Notes under the pieces: generated by a model | Databases searched by the model: none | What the model was told of the DNA's origin: nothing | What the model saw: only the letters and a program-made list of their open reading frames with translations | Position numbers and translations under genes: made by a program | Shown: piece by piece, positions 30,159 to 40,146 of the stretch | Numbering within the stretch: the stretch's first letter is position 1 | Layout: every line of letters starts with the position of its first letter | Assembly: GCA_048939995.1 (NCBI GenBank) | Contig: JBHLOY010000001.1 | Location: 462,449 to 526,448, forward strand | Reading direction: 5' to 3' | Origin: Promethearchaeota archaeon | Lineage (GTDB): Archaea; Asgardarchaeota; Lokiarchaeia; Sigyniarchaeales; SOKP01 | DNA length: 64,000 nt

Positions 30159-31442
30159 ATGAGTATAGATAAAAAACTAAAAGAAATCCAAAAATTTATA
30201 AAAAATTTAAATGGAAAGACCAAGTTCATTGTATCACAAAATTCACATGCGTTAGGACTATCTAGACAGACTTATCAAAACAAACTTGATAGTTTGAGAG
30301 AGCAGAAAATAATTACTAATTTCACAATAAACATTAATCCAGATATTCATCCCAACAACTTGAAGTATGTAATGCTTGAAATTAAAACTAACCCAAAAGA
30401 ACCTGAGCTGGTTAAGGAACTATTAGAAATACCCCAGTTAAGAATGTTGGATGGAATAATTGGAGATTTCTCCTTATTCTCCTTGTTTATCTTTAAATCC
30501 CCTGAAGAATATTTTCAGATATTAAATAAAATAGATAATATAATGGCAAAATCATACTTTAAAAAATATAAAATAATTGAAACTATAAAGGTATATAAGA
30601 CAAATGGAATTAGCTTAAGAAAATCTAAAGTGTCTTATGAAGAAGAACTCGTGGAAAAATTAAATCATAAGTTTCAAAATCAAGATGTTGATGAAAATGA
30701 TAAGGTAATTGTTAAGATGTCAGAAAAAGTTGATTTAAATGAAATTGCTAAAAAAATGCAGAATATTGAGTACGATCCTAAGAGATTTCCGGGCCTTATT
30801 ATAAAGATAGTAAATAGTAGTATTAAAGTTATACTTTTCTCAAATGGGAAAATAATTATCACTGGTTTAAAGAATGCCGCAAATGTAACTCAAATAATCA
30901 ATAAAATAATTGAAAGCATAAAAAAAACTGGAATAAGTTTAGATAAGAAAAATTTTGACTTAAATTATGAGATTGATGATATTGATTATACAATTTTAAC
31001 CATTTTGCGAGATAATCAAGGTCCTAAACCAATATCCACCTATGAAATAAGTAGATTTTTTAAAGATCGATACAAAACAGAAATTTCTCAATCAACTATT
31101 CATAATAGAGTGAAAAAATTAGAAAAAAAAGGAGTTATTTTAAATTATGCAATAAATTTTTGTCCAAAAAAAATCGGTTTTGAAGGAAAATATCTCCTTC
31201 GAATAAAACCAAAAGATCCATCAAAATATAATGAACTCGCCCTCAAACTAGATATGAATAAATATATTACTGATTTATTTAGAATAGGTGAGCAATTTGG
31301 TTTATTTGCTATTGTCAGAGTAGAAAAAATTGAAGAATATGCGAGGTTTATTAAGGATTTATACACGTCAGAAGAAATTGAAGATACCTTTACAAATTTT
31401 GTTTTAGACGAATTAATTACCTGTAATAATTTTGTGTTATAG
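30159..31442 (+). CDS. Tandem Lrp/AsnC transcription regulator with an internal TBP-like repeat
   Basis: Two HTH+RAM modules (LSRQTYQNKLDSL...IITNFTI and ISQSTIHNRVKKLEKKGVI) flank DLNEIA...EYDPKRFPGLIIKI....VILFSNGKIIITGLK. Confidence 0.85.
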   Translation: MSIDKKLKEIQKFIKNLNGKTKFIVSQNSHALGLSRQTYQNKLDSLREQKIITNFTININPDIHPNNLKYVMLEIKTNPKEPELVKELLEIPQLRMLDGIIGDFSLFSLFIFKSPEEYFQILNKIDNIMAKSYFKKYKIIETIKVYKTNGISLRKSKVSYEEELVEKLNHKFQNQDVDENDKVIVKMSEKVDLNEIAKKMQNIEYDPKRFPGLIIKIVNSSIKVILFSNGKIIITGLKNAANVTQIINKIIESIKKTGISLDKKNFDLNYEIDDIDYTILTILRDNQGPKPISTYEISRFFKDRYKTEISQSTIHNRVKKLEKKGVILNYAINFCPKKIGFEGKYLLRIKPKDPSKYNELALKLDMNKYITDLFRIGEQFGLFAIVRVEKIEEYARFIKDLYTSEEIEDTFTNFVLDELITCNNFVL

Positions 31443-31517
31443 AGAATAATCCTAATCCCAAGGATTGAAAAAAATATTAATTTAATTACTTTAGAATCAT
31501 TTCTTTATTTGTAGACA

Positions 31518-33596
31518 ATGACTCATTTTTATGAGATATTAAATAAAAAGATCGGTTACTCTAGAATAGGTAGAATTATTTTATCGAAGGATTCTAAGAA
31601 GTATGTAAAGACACCTAATGTTATAATTCCTATGCGAAACTTTTTGATGAAAAATGTAAATTACTTAGATGAATTTGAGGATCATGAAGTCTTTATAATA
31701 TCAAAAGAAGTTTTTCTAAAAATTGGTTTTTTTAGAGAAAAATTTAGAAATACTGCTTTTATTTTCACTCACATGGGTACATTAGATACATTTATAGAGA
31801 TTATTGAAAAAAATATTAATGCCTTCTCTAAAGACAATATTATACTGTTAATTCCATTTAATATCCCTACAAGTAGTATTAGCGAAACCTTTACAAGACA
31901 TGAGATTGAACACTATCTTGAATCTGTACGCAATCTTTTACAGAAGTATCAAGAACTCAATTTTGGGTTGTCCATTAAAATTTTTGAATCGCCAGCATTA
32001 TTCGATCTATATAAAGAGTTAATAGTAGAAAATAAAAACATTAAGCTATTAAATATAGCTGACTTTTTTGATGTCAATATTAATTTTAGAAAGATTGTAG
32101 AACAAATTGTAGATGTCAAACAAAATCTTGATAATAATTTAGTTTTAATGGCTTCAGGACGAATTATTCCAAAGTATTTCCCGATTTTAGTTTACCTCGG
32201 CATTGATCTTATTGATAGTTCTTACTTATTATATTTATCATCAGAAAATTTTTATGATACAATCGAGTATCTCTATCCCATTTATAAAGTAAGCTATTTT
32301 CCATGTTCATGTTTTGCATGTAAAGATAAGTTAAAAAACATACAAAGCGCTAAATATTCAATTGAAAAGCTAGATTACTTATGTCTTCATAATCTAATAA
32401 CCGCGAAAAATTACATGAATAAGACAAGGCAGTATTTAAAAGCAGATGACTTTCGAGCATTTGTGGAAAAATCTTCCTTTGATGATATTCTTATCATTTC
32501 GATTCTAAAGATATTAGATCGTCAATATTTTAATTTAATAAGGTTTGAAACACCAATCGCAGAAAGTTTTTCAACCATTAAATGTTTTGGTCCGTCTTCT
32601 TATTATCGACCTGATTTTCAACAATTTAGAGAGAGAGTGATTCAGCATTTTTTACCCGAACCATGGACAAAGTTGATCATCATTTTACCTTGTTCTTCAA
32701 AAAAGCCCTATTCTAAATCGAAATCTCATAAAAAATTTCAAAGTGTTTTAAGAAAATTCGCGGATTTTCCTGACTTTCAAGAAATCATATTAACCTCACC
32801 TCTTGGAGCTATTCCAAGACAATTAGAAAATATTTATCCTGTAAATTCATATGATATCTCTGTGACTGGTTATTGGGACCATGAAGAGATCAAATTAGCT
32901 TCTGAAATGTTAATACAGATTTTAAAGAAGTATAACCAAAATATTCCAATTATATGTCATACAAAAGAGAAGGGATATAAAGATATTATCTTGAAAGCAA
33001 AATCCCAATTGCCTCATAAATTTTATTTTACTGATGTAAATGGGAGTCTGATCAGTTTTAGCTCATTAAAGTCGCTTGAAGATAATGTTAGAAACTTGAA
33101 AGCTAATATAGAACTAGAAGATAAACCTAGCGAAATCCTCTTCTCAAAAACATGGATCCGAAAATTAAATAAGATCACCGACTATCAATTTGGCCCTAAT
33201 GTGGGAAAAAGTGTTTTTTCAAAGGAAGTAAAGGTTAAAAAAGATAAACATAATGGGAATCTTAACATAATTAATAATAAAAACAATAAATTAATTGGAA
33301 AGTTTTTAAGTAAAACTGGTCAGATTGAATTTACTTTATATGGAGCAGAATTAATATTAGAAAGTAGGATAAACTCAAACATCTTAGTTTTCAATGGAGA
33401 TATAATAAAGGGAAATACCATTTTTAGACCAGGAATTATTGAATTCAGTTCTAATCTTATACCAAATAATTATGCCTTGATATTAGATCAGACAAAGGAT
33501 AGAGTTATTGGGCTAGCTAAATTAATAATCGGTTCAAATTATTTAAAAAACTCAAAAAGCGGGAGGGTTGCTACAGTTTATGATAAAATCAGATGA
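31518..33596 (+). CDS. arcS: Archaeosine synthase subunit (TGT-like + DUF5591 + PUA-like)
   Basis: LVYLGIDLID, CSC..C..H, LPCSSKKPYSKSKSH, TSPLG.IPR.LE..YP..YD..VTG.W and DYQFG motifs. Confidence 0.85.
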   Translation: MTHFYEILNKKIGYSRIGRIILSKDSKKYVKTPNVIIPMRNFLMKNVNYLDEFEDHEVFIISKEVFLKIGFFREKFRNTAFIFTHMGTLDTFIEIIEKNINAFSKDNIILLIPFNIPTSSISETFTRHEIEHYLESVRNLLQKYQELNFGLSIKIFESPALFDLYKELIVENKNIKLLNIADFFDVNINFRKIVEQIVDVKQNLDNNLVLMASGRIIPKYFPILVYLGIDLIDSSYLLYLSSENFYDTIEYLYPIYKVSYFPCSCFACKDKLKNIQSAKYSIEKLDYLCLHNLITAKNYMNKTRQYLKADDFRAFVEKSSFDDILIISILKILDRQYFNLIRFETPIAESFSTIKCFGPSSYYRPDFQQFRERVIQHFLPEPWTKLIIILPCSSKKPYSKSKSHKKFQSVLRKFADFPDFQEIILTSPLGAIPRQLENIYPVNSYDISVTGYWDHEEIKLASEMLIQILKKYNQNIPIICHTKEKGYKDIILKAKSQLPHKFYFTDVNGSLISFSSLKSLEDNVRNLKANIELEDKPSEILFSKTWIRKLNKITDYQFGPNVGKSVFSKEVKVKKDKHNGNLNIINNKNNKLIGKFLSKTGQIEFTLYGAELILESRINSNILVFNGDIIKGNTIFRPGIIEFSSNLIPNNYALILDQTKDRVIGLAKLIIGSNYLKNSKSGRVATVYDKIR

Positions 33597-34671
33597 AGAT
33601 AATCCATTAGTTAACAAAATAAAAGATATTAGAGAAAAAGCTATTTCAAAAAAACAAAGTTTTACTGAAGATCAATTGAATAAACCAGTTAGTTTCTGGA
33701 TAAAAACTGATCGCCTTATAAATGAAGAAGGAAAAGAATTTACAATCATTTTAAGAACCAGAGGGTGTAATTGGGCTCTAAGTAATAGTGGGGGATGCTC
33801 AATGTGCGGTTATATAAATGATTCAGGTCCGAATCTTCTAACCAGCAAGCATTTAATAAATCAAATCAATCATTCATTCCAATCAAAAGAAATTGAAAAT
33901 AAGAAAGAAAAATTTGTGTTCAAAATTTTTAATTCTGGTAGTTTTTTTGATGAGAGTGAAATCCCTAAAGAAGCTAGAGATTATATTTACCAAAAAGTGC
34001 AAGAATATGATAATATAAAAGAATTTGTAATAGAATCTCGTCTAGAACATTTAAGCAAAGAAAAAATAGTAGATCTAAAAAAGAACTTAGATAATAAGTA
34101 TATTGAATTAGCAATTGGTCTTGAAACAGTTGATGATTACATAAGAAATAGATATATTAACAAAGGGATGCTTTATAGTGATTTCAAAAAAATTATAGAG
34201 CTTACGAAAAAAGTTGGAATAGGTATACGGGCATACTTATTGTTTAAACCACCTTTTTTAAATGAGCAAGGAGCTATAGATGATTGTATAAAATCAATTA
34301 GATCACTGATTAATTTGGGAATTAATACAATATCAATTAACCCATTAAATATTCAGAAAGACACTCTTGTGGAATATTTATGGTATCAAAACCGTTATAG
34401 GCCTCCTTGGTTCTATTCCTTATTTAAGTGCTTAAGGAATATATATGACCTAAGTAATAATTCAAATGTTCCTCGTATAATTTCGGATCCGACTGGAGCA
34501 GGGACTAAAAGAGGAATTCATAATTGTTTAAAAAGAGAGTGTAATCATAGAATGATAACTATCCTCAAGGACTTTGTCTTATCCCAGGATTTCAACTATG
34601 TAGATAATAAAGAAGATTACCAAAACTGTGATTGCTTGTTAAAATATCGCCTTCAAAAAAATTATCATTGA
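33568..34671 (+). CDS. Archaeosine biosynthesis radical SAM protein RaSEA
   Basis: LRTRGC.W....GGCSMCGY, KIFNSGSF, YLLFKPPFL, YRPPW and RG.HNC motifs; adjacent to arcS. Confidence 0.9.
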   Translation: MLQFMIKSDEDNPLVNKIKDIREKAISKKQSFTEDQLNKPVSFWIKTDRLINEEGKEFTIILRTRGCNWALSNSGGCSMCGYINDSGPNLLTSKHLINQINHSFQSKEIENKKEKFVFKIFNSGSFFDESEIPKEARDYIYQKVQEYDNIKEFVIESRLEHLSKEKIVDLKKNLDNKYIELAIGLETVDDYIRNRYINKGMLYSDFKKIIELTKKVGIGIRAYLLFKPPFLNEQGAIDDCIKSIRSLINLGINTISINPLNIQKDTLVEYLWYQNRYRPPWFYSLFKCLRNIYDLSNNSNVPRIISDPTGAGTKRGIHNCLKRECNHRMITILKDFVLSQDFNYVDNKEDYQNCDCLLKYRLQKNYH

Positions 34672-34780
34672 TTTTGCTTAAAATTTTCTATTTTTGTAAA
34701 ATTTCACCCCAAAAAGATTATATTTAAATATGACCTTTCAATTTTCTACTCTATATTTTATTAACTAAATAGGGTAAACC

Positions 34781-35029
34781 TTGAAAAACTGGATTAAGCT
34801 TAACCTATTCTATCTCGGAAAATCTAAGAAACATCATATTTTCAGAGTAAAAAAATGGAATAAAAATTTTGAAATAGTTTTTCATAAATCTATTTTCAAT
34901 GAAAGTTATAAAGAGATTGGTGTTATCAAAGAAATTTTTGGTCCTATTAATTTACCTTTCATATCAGTTAAAGCTTCACCTAATCAACAATTTAGTTTAG
35001 ATAATCAATTTTATATTAAAATTCGCTAA
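34781..35029 (+). CDS. gar1: H/ACA RNP component Gar1-like protein
   Basis: IG.I.EIFGP...P.ISVK motif; conserved position upstream of tfb. Confidence 0.75.
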   Translation: MKNWIKLNLFYLGKSKKHHIFRVKKWNKNFEIVFHKSIFNESYKEIGVIKEIFGPINLPFISVKASPNQQFSLDNQFYIKIR

Positions 35030-35077
35030 TATTTTCTTGGAATTTTAAAAATTCAAAGGGTGTAGAATATTTCGATT

Positions 35078-36019
35078 TTGAATGAGCTTAAGAAAAAGCA
35101 AATCGACATTGATGATGAGATTTGTACCGAATGTGGAAAAAAAATTATAAAGAATGTTGAATCTTTATTAGTTTGTGAGGAATGTGGCTTAGTCCATTCA
35201 GATAATCATATTGATCGTGGTCCCGAATGGAGAGCTTTCGATGCTGATCAAAAGAAGAAGAGAACTAGAACTGGAGCACCGATGACTTACATGATACACG
35301 ATAAGGGTTTAAGTACAATGATTGATTGGAAAAATAGAGATATTTTTGGGAAGGAAATTCCTGCTAAGTCAAGAGGGCAAATATATAGACTGCGTAAATG
35401 GCAAAGTCGAATAAGAGTATCAGATGCTACAGAAAGAAACTTGACTTTTGCATTAAGTGAGTTAGATCGTATGGCTTCTAACTTAGATCTGCCCAAAAAT
35501 CTTCGTGAATGTTCTGCAAAAATATATAGAGATGCTGTTGATGCACATCTTATCAGAGGAAGGAGTATTGAAGGTGTAGCTGCTGCAAGTTTATATGCGG
35601 CATGCAGAATGTATAAAATACCTAGAACCCTTAATGAAATTGCTGAAGTAGCGCGTGTTGATAAAAAAGAAATTGGTAGATCATTCCGTTTTATATCAAA
35701 TGAGTTAATCCTCAATTTAAATCCAACTAAACCACTTGATTTTCTCACAAGGTTTATATCTGAATTAAAGCTTACTCAAGATTGTCAAAAAGTCGCTAAA
35801 AAAATTATAAAAATAGCAGAAGCATATGGATTAACTTCAGGTAGAGGACCAACGGGAGTGTGTGCTGCAGCTATATATGCAGCTAGTATTTTAACTAAGG
35901 AGAGGAGAACTCAGAGAAAAATAGCAAATATAAGTCAAGTTACTGAAGTCACAGTTAGAAATAGATTCTCAGAATTAATAGAAAATTTAGATTTAGGTAT
36001 TTCAATAAAGAAGAAGTAA
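35078..36019 (+). CDS. tfb: Transcription initiation factor IIB
   Basis: Zn ribbon [32 protein letters not shown] and cyclin repeats. Confidence 0.97.
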   Translation: MNELKKKQIDIDDEICTECGKKIIKNVESLLVCEECGLVHSDNHIDRGPEWRAFDADQKKKRTRTGAPMTYMIHDKGLSTMIDWKNRDIFGKEIPAKSRGQIYRLRKWQSRIRVSDATERNLTFALSELDRMASNLDLPKNLRECSAKIYRDAVDAHLIRGRSIEGVAAASLYAACRMYKIPRTLNEIAEVARVDKKEIGRSFRFISNELILNLNPTKPLDFLTRFISELKLTQDCQKVAKKIIKIAEAYGLTSGRGPTGVCAAAIYAASILTKERRTQRKIANISQVTEVTVRNRFSELIENLDLGISIKKK

Positions 36020-36134
36020 ATTCAATTATTATATTCCTATTTCATAATAATAAAGAATGTTATCTCAATATTACAACCATTAAAGTTCTTTTTTTTTCAA
36101 TTTTAAAATATCAGGAATATATTTTCTAGTTAAG

Positions 36135-36494
36135 TTGGATTTTATGAAAATGGAGAATACTAGGTTAATTAATCAAAACGAGGTTAATTATTTTCTTCAT
36201 AGAGTAAGACGACACTTCCCTAATTTTGTAGCAGGAGTAATTACAGACCGAAATGGGTTTCCTATTGGTTCAAGTATATCGAATAGACTATGGGTTCATG
36301 AAAATACTTTAGCCATTTGGGCAATATCGAAAAACAAGGAAAGAATTATAAAAGATCCAAACCTGATCCAATTAAAGTTTGATATCGATAAAAACAAGAG
36401 ATATAAGCTATTTATATTATTAGAGAAAACAAAGACTTATAAAAATGGAATAAAGCCATTAAAAGAAATTATTAAAACACAAGAATTATTTTAG
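36135..36494 (+). CDS. Divergent Roadblock-like protein
   Basis: AGVITDRNGFPIGS motif. Confidence 0.5.
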   Translation: MDFMKMENTRLINQNEVNYFLHRVRRHFPNFVAGVITDRNGFPIGSSISNRLWVHENTLAIWAISKNKERIIKDPNLIQLKFDIDKNKRYKLFILLEKTKTYKNGIKPLKEIIKTQELF

Positions 36495-36674
36495 AGCATT
36501 AAAAAGAGTCATTCTCAACTTTATTAGTTTTATTCATAGCGTAAGACTGATTAAAAATAAAGGAATTAAGTTTTTATAGTATTAGTTTTATTTTTATTCA
36601 TAAATAATAAAAAAGAATGAACAAGATATTATTTGAATTTATTTTAAACCTAAAAAAAACTGAGGTTTGAGTTA

Positions 36675-37145
36675 TTGAATTATTCTCAAGATGAAATGGA
36701 ATTAAAGAAAATTATTAGAGAGATAATCAATAGCACACCCGGTTTAAAAAATGTAATTCTTATTGATGATACAGGTATTACAATAATGTATGAGGCTAAG
36801 TTTACCTTCTTAAGTGAAGAAGATATTTCAGTTGAAAAAATAGGGGCTATAGGTGGTGCTGTTTTCACAGCTGGAGAAGAACAAGGGCATATATTAGGTT
36901 ATGGAGAAATTAATCTCCAAATAACAGAGTATCACAAGGGGATGATTTTTTCAATGAAAGTAGGTAAGGGAATCCTCTGCATTGCCTCAGATAAAAACGT
37001 ACAAATAGGTTATGTTCGTGCGATCATGAAGAGATATGCTCCTCGAATTACTGAGATTTTAGATCACTATTTAAAAGCTGATCAAAACGAGATGAGCAAA
37101 GAATTAAAAGAACTATTTAATTCAGATACAATAAGTTTAATGTAA
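36675..37145 (+). CDS. Roadblock/LC7 (LAMTOR-like) protein
   Basis: VILIDDTGITI, IGAIGGAVF..GE and ITEY..G.I motifs. Confidence 0.85.
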   Translation: MNYSQDEMELKKIIREIINSTPGLKNVILIDDTGITIMYEAKFTFLSEEDISVEKIGAIGGAVFTAGEEQGHILGYGEINLQITEYHKGMIFSMKVGKGILCIASDKNVQIGYVRAIMKRYAPRITEILDHYLKADQNEMSKELKELFNSDTISLM

Positions 37146-37226
37146 TTAATAATGTAGCCTAAAACACTAACTCTTTTTTATCATTTCAAGGATATTCCTA
37201 AAATCAAAAAAGTTCTCTCGTGTTAG

Positions 37227-37360
37227 GCAGATATGGGAATATAATCATGTATCCTGTGAGGGTTACTGACTCAAACCTCATCGCATTGGAATTTACCTTT
37301 GCTAAGTTAAGAGCCCATTTATTCAGGATAAGTATTGATTACTAAATTCAGGATGTCTGC
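37227..37360 (+). ncRNA. Candidate structured RNA or 3'UTR element
   Basis: Nested stems GCAGATAT/ATGTCTGC, GAAT/ATTC, TAATCA/TGATTA, TATCCTG/CAGGATA and TGAGG/CCTCA, followed by a T7 run. Confidence 0.45.
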
Positions 37361-37473
37361 ATTTTTTTGCTCATATAATCATCTTAATCATATATGTCCT
37401 CGAATAATGCTAATATTCCATCATCATTTTCCCACTAATATAAAAGAGAATATGATTAAAAAATTTATATATT

Positions 37474-38217
37474 CTATCTAATAAGGGTTAATATTTCATC
37501 ATAGGAACCAAGAATTTGGCGAATATTATAATCATTCAGTCCTTCGTTAGGTCTACCTTCGAAAATTACTTTTCCATCATTCAGAAATAACATCTTTTCA
37601 GCCCAATTTTCAACAAAGAAGAGGTTATGCGTGGTAAATAGTATCGTTAATTTCTCTTTTTTCCTTAAGTCCTCTAAAATACTTAAGTGATTATAAATTG
37701 ATTTAAAGTCAAGGTTAGCAAAAGGCTCATCTAATATCAATAATTTAGGTTTCATTACTAAAATTCCCGCTAAAGCTGCTCTTTTTTTTTGCCCCCAAGA
37801 TAATTCGAATGGTGAAAATTCCTTATAATCAGATAATTTTACTGCATCTAAAGCCCAACTAACTCTTATATTTACCTCTTCATCATCTAACTGTAAATTT
37901 CGAGCTCCAAAGCCGATATCTTCTCCTAATGTTGGGGCAAATAATTGATCATCGGGGTTTTGAAATAGAAAACCTAGTGATTTTCTTATTTCCCATAGTT
38001 GTTTTTTATTTCTAGTTAATAATTGACCAAAAATTTTTATATTTCCTGAAGTTGGTTTTAATAACCCAACTAATAATCGCAAAAGAGTTGTTTTTCCAGA
38101 GCCATTATTTCCAATTAAAGCATAAATGGAATTTTCTTCGACTTCTAAACTTAAATCTTTTATCTCAAATCCAGAATTATATCGAAAATTTAGATTTTGA
38201 ACTTTTATTGCAAAAAT
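37474..38217 (-). CDS. cbiO: ECF Co/Ni transporter ATPase, inferred ATT start
   Basis: Walker A GNNGSGKT lies upstream of the ORF-track start; FQNPDDQLF, LSWGQKKR and LDEP motifs; SD GGAGGT. Confidence 0.9.
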   Translation of the reverse strand: MFAIKVQNLNFRYNSGFEIKDLSLEVEENSIYALIGNNGSGKTTLLRLLVGLLKPTSGNIKIFGQLLTRNKKQLWEIRKSLGFLFQNPDDQLFAPTLGEDIGFGARNLQLDDEEVNIRVSWALDAVKLSDYKEFSPFELSWGQKKRAALAGILVMKPKLLILDEPFANLDFKSIYNHLSILEDLRKKEKLTILFTTHNLFFVENWAEKMLFLNDGKVIFEGRPNEGLNDYNIRQILGSYDEILTLIR

Positions 38218-39011
38218 AAGTTAATAACCTCCATATAGATTTGTTCTAAATTTAAAAAATAAACCAAAAATATTATGAAACTTAAAGTTGAAAGAAGCAT
38301 AAAATAGTCATATAATTTAAGCTTTCTCGGAGCAAATGTAAGTTTTCCAGTAAAACCCCTCAATTTTAAACTCTCATATAGCTTCTCGCTACGCTCCATA
38401 TTATTCACAAGATTTTTTCCCATTATAAATCCATGTGTTCTAACCCTTTGCCAATAAGTTGCTATATTTTTGCCTCTTAGCTCTTGTGCATCGAGCACTC
38501 TTTTATTAGAAATTGCAAGGATTGGGATATAATGAAGCATTATTACTATGCTCCCTACGATAAATGAAGGAATAATTCTGATTCTAGTTAAAGCATCGAT
38601 AAATTCAGAATATGTTAAAGAAGAAAAAAATGTAAGAAAAGTAAAAGCAGCACCAACAATCCTAAAAAGCAAAAGAAAGGCCATTTGTATTCCTTCTAAA
38701 TAAACGTTTAAGATAATTCCTATATTTATTTGGAATAAGATAGTATGGCCAAAATAGAATGGTATAAAAATACAAACGATGAATAGAAAGGGAATGAGAA
38801 TTTTTAATCGTGAAATGACTTTTAATAAATGTAATTTGGAAAAGACATTGATACAAACTACTAGAAAAATGATTGTTATGGCGAGATACATATCATTGAA
38901 TATTAAAAATGGTAATACGAGAATAAAGGGTATTAAAAATCGGATGATAGGGTGAAATTTGTTGAAGAAATTTCTCTCGTTTTCAGTTTTGAATGGTAAA
39001 TCTGGTTTCAT
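38205..39011 (-). CDS. cbiQ: ECF transporter transmembrane component T
   Basis: TM helices with AQELRG and SLKLRGF motifs. Confidence 0.9.
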   Translation of the reverse strand: MKPDLPFKTENERNFFNKFHPIIRFLIPFILVLPFLIFNDMYLAITIIFLVVCINVFSKLHLLKVISRLKILIPFLFIVCIFIPFYFGHTILFQINIGIILNVYLEGIQMAFLLLFRIVGAAFTFLTFFSSLTYSEFIDALTRIRIIPSFIVGSIVIMLHYIPILAISNKRVLDAQELRGKNIATYWQRVRTHGFIMGKNLVNNMERSEKLYESLKLRGFTGKLTFAPRKLKLYDYFMLLSTLSFIIFLVYFLNLEQIYMEVINLFLQ

Positions 39012-39045
39012 TTGAGCATTACCTGATTAGCCAACATTTTTTTCG

Positions 39046-39066
39046 TAGTATTAAAAAATAATACTA
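39046..39066. promoter_or_regulatory. Candidate operator palindrome between divergent cbiQO and cbiM
   Basis: TAGTATTA-N5-TAATACTA perfect inverted repeat. Confidence 0.45.
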
Positions 39067-39132
39067 AATTATAAAATAATAATATTTTCTAAATTTAAAA
39101 CTAAATGGTAATAATAAATAGGAAATCATAAA

Positions 39133-39804
39133 ATGCATTTACCAGATGGTTTGCTGGACCCAATAACTACTTTAGTACTTTGGTTAGTTATAGTTCTTAT
39201 TATGATAGTAGGTTATTTTAAGATGGGAAAGTTTTTTCAGAAAGAAGATTCTGAGAAACTTATACCTTACATTGGCGTTTTAGCAGCGGTTATTTTTGCA
39301 TTTCAATTTGTTAACTATCCTATACCTGGTGGTACATCGGGTCATTTAGTGGGTGGAACGTTAGTTGCAGTTATTTTAGGACCTTGGGCGTCTTTAATAG
39401 TTCTCTTTCTAATCCTTGTTATACAAAGCTTATTTGGAGATGGGGGTATTACTGCTTTAGGGCCAAATGCTTTCAATATGGGGGTAATAGGAGGGATTGT
39501 TGGATTTTATTTAGTGATTTTTTTCTTAAAGTTATTGAATAAGACCTCGTTAAAAAAAGAGGCAAAAGTGACTATATCAACTGCTATAGGATCCTATCTA
39601 TCTATTATTTTTGCCTCTTTAGTGTGTGGAATTGAGATTAGTATTGCGGGAGTTATTCCAATTGGAATTTCAGTACCAGTGATGGTTTTTTGGCATTTAA
39701 TCATCGGCATTGGGGAAGCGATTATTTCTGCTTTAATTATCTTCTTTATTTATAAAACAAAACCAAATTTTATAATAACTGAATCAATTTTGGGGGTAAA
39801 ATAA
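39133..39804 (+). CDS. cbiM: ECF Co/Ni substrate-binding component CbiM/NikM
   Basis: MHLPDG N-terminus, GTSGHLVG and GDGGITALG.N motifs. Confidence 0.95.
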   Translation: MHLPDGLLDPITTLVLWLVIVLIMIVGYFKMGKFFQKEDSEKLIPYIGVLAAVIFAFQFVNYPIPGGTSGHLVGGTLVAVILGPWASLIVLFLILVIQSLFGDGGITALGPNAFNMGVIGGIVGFYLVIFFLKLLNKTSLKKEAKVTISTAIGSYLSIIFASLVCGIEISIAGVIPIGISVPVMVFWHLIIGIGEAIISALIIFFIYKTKPNFIITESILGVK

Positions 39805-39810
39805 ATAATT

Positions 39811-40122
39811 ATGAACATTGGGCAATATCGGAGACCGTTAATGATAGTTCTCATAGTTGCAATGGGACTAATATTGGTGATCGCTATAGGTTTTCCATTA
39901 GGATTTCTTTCTCAAAATCCCGATGGATTAGAGAGAGTTTTAATTGATTATAATGGAGAATCTTGGCTTGAAAATTTATTTTCACCATGGATACCCTTTC
40001 TATCTTGGATTGAGAATGAGTATATTGCGGGGATTATAGGTATAATCCTCACGATGACTATAATTATTTCAGTCTTTTATTTAATTACATTCCTAAAAAG
40101 AAGGAAAATAGAAAGAAACTAA
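39811..40122 (+). CDS. PDGLE-domain Ni/Co transport protein (NikN-like)
   Basis: NPDGLE motif between two TM helices. Confidence 0.88.
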   Translation: MNIGQYRRPLMIVLIVAMGLILVIAIGFPLGFLSQNPDGLERVLIDYNGESWLENLFSPWIPFLSWIENEYIAGIIGIILTMTIIISVFYLITFLKRRKIERN

Positions 40123-40146
40123 TTTAAATGAAAATTTATTTTTTCA

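Noticed and set aside
37349-37426. Possible C/D box sRNA on the minus strand (ATGATGA)
   Set aside because: No properly spaced CTGA D or D' boxes.
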